Assembly (NCBI GenBank): GCA_052426225.1
Contig: JBNJNM010000013.1
Location: 1 to 64,000 of the forward strand
DNA from: Zancudomyces culisetae HAW-14-8
Lineage: Eukaryota; Fungi; Kickxellomycota
Length of the DNA: 64,000 nucleotides
Direction of reading: 5' to 3'
Part shown: positions 62,857 to 64,000 of the stretch, in pieces
Layout of the letters: every line of letters begins with the position of its first letter
Position numbering within the stretch: position 1 is the first letter of the stretch
Made by a program: the position numbers and the translations under genes
The notes under the pieces: model-generated
Told to the model about the DNA's origin: nothing
Database searches by the model: none
Seen by the model: only the letters and a program-made list of their open reading frames with translations

Positions 62857-63033
62857 ATGCTTGGAGGAAAAAACTTGTTGGGCCCAATGATTGCAGCTAT
62901 AGTAGGCGTGGGAACTGCTACCTATACGATGACACCATATATCCAATCCATGAGGGAATTGGAAAGGCAGCGACTCGAGAATCTAGAGAATGAAAAAAAG
63001 ACCGAATCATCGGATGAAAAGCTAGGAGAATAG
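62857..63033 (+). CDS. 58-aa single-TM microprotein, PIGBOS1-like
   Basis: MLGGKNLLGPMIAAIVGVGTATYTMTPYIQSMRELERQRLENLENEKKTESSDEKLGE; GC-richer island, TM segment followed by a charged helix. It falls below the ORF-track length cut-off. Confidence 0.65.
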   Translation: MLGGKNLLGPMIAAIVGVGTATYTMTPYIQSMRELERQRLENLENEKKTESSDEKLGE

Positions 63034-64000
63034 AACACCCTTAAACATGTATAAGGTGTTAACTTGCTGTTTATGGAATTTATGTGGGGCGTTTTAGCAT
63101 GCACTAAGGTAGATTCGAAATGGAATAATATCACACAAATCAGAGTACTCAAATGTACTTATTTACAAGCCAATATTTTTTTTTTGAAGAAGTCATATCT
63201 TTATCCCCTTGTTAATAACATTTGGAACAAAATTGACGCTATAACTATCAATATTACTGGATTTAAAAGGAGCATTCCAAATAGTCAAATTTAGTTACCT
63301 TTAAATAATGTGGTACAGTTCAAGCAAAATTAAGTATATTAGTCCAACTAATTGGTGCATCTAAACGTGTGTATATACATGCGTTTATTATTTTATTTAA
63401 AAATACATTTTTACAGCTTTACAGCTTTTATTCTATCACGTCTTACGGCTACCAAAAAGTGTTGATAGCAAATGCCCTTTGTTCTAAATGTTTCGTTAGC
63501 GGGTTAACCACGCGTGAATGTATATGAGTCTTTGTTTGGAATATGGACACAAGCATCCCTTATTTTTTTTCTTTCAAAAAAATAAGGTTGAGTTTACAAC
63601 TTGCTAGAATTAACTAATCAAATCTGATTGCTATTCATTAACTGATGCCTCATACCCCCACACCACACCACACCACATCACCCCTTCCATTTCTTTGATT
63701 AAATATCAATGTAATTTAATATCTATCAGTCTTAACGAGCCCAACTAGGACAAAATAAGAGCAAGCGGATTTTATAAATGTGGCAATGTATAAAAATATC
63801 ATTTTCTATTACTAAGTTTATTCAATCAAGTTATTACATAAAAGGTAAAAGTTCATGGCTGAAGTAATGGACAAAGCTGGTTTTAATTGAGAATCAAATA
63901 ATTATCCAACTAATTCTAAAGAAACAACAATGGTAAACTAATAAAGTGTTTATATTAATGTGACCAAAAAAAAGAAATTTCTGATGAGTGGTCTGGTAAA

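Noticed and set aside
63981-64000. CTGATGAG hammerhead-like core at the window edge
   Set aside because: Sequence is truncated; no GAAA box or helices can be verified.

Overview
This window is the left end of a chromosome from an AT-rich eukaryote with TTAGGG telomeres and short GT-AG introns. The gene content is fungal; a Kickxellomycotina/Harpellales (Smittium-like) source is my inference, not something the sequence proves. 1-3.3 kb: (CCCTAA)n telomere, interrupted by a C-rich block that is probably a long-read artefact, and ending in variant CCCTAT repeats. 3.3-13.5 kb: a decayed Penelope-like retroelement with no visible endonuclease, whose 5' end is joined directly to the telomeric repeats (Athena/Coprina arrangement). 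A complete but dead chromoviral Ty3/Gypsy element (3570-9650) is nested inside it. A decayed Tc1 transposon (13525-15074) and other repeat relics follow, including a ~1.1 kb foldback structure. 17-52 kb: a subtelomeric island of intronless secreted-protein genes. It holds five divergent paralogues of a small 4-Cys beta/gamma-crystallin-like protein, a Kex2-type precursor of a Tyr/Gly-rich peptide, a symmetric His/Arg-aromatic-(GAV)n block protein and a 1250-aa mucin-stalk protein with related globular domains at both ends. The same stretch also carries an atypical cytochrome P450, an ICln/Voldacs gene with an in-frame TAA, and a RAD7 fragment. 52-64 kb: more ordinary genes, namely an NADP alcohol dehydrogenase, DUS3, an orphan secreted protein, POM33/TMEM33, and a 58-aa PIGBOS1-like microprotein missed by the ORF track. 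All family assignments are from motif recognition by eye; no searches were run.
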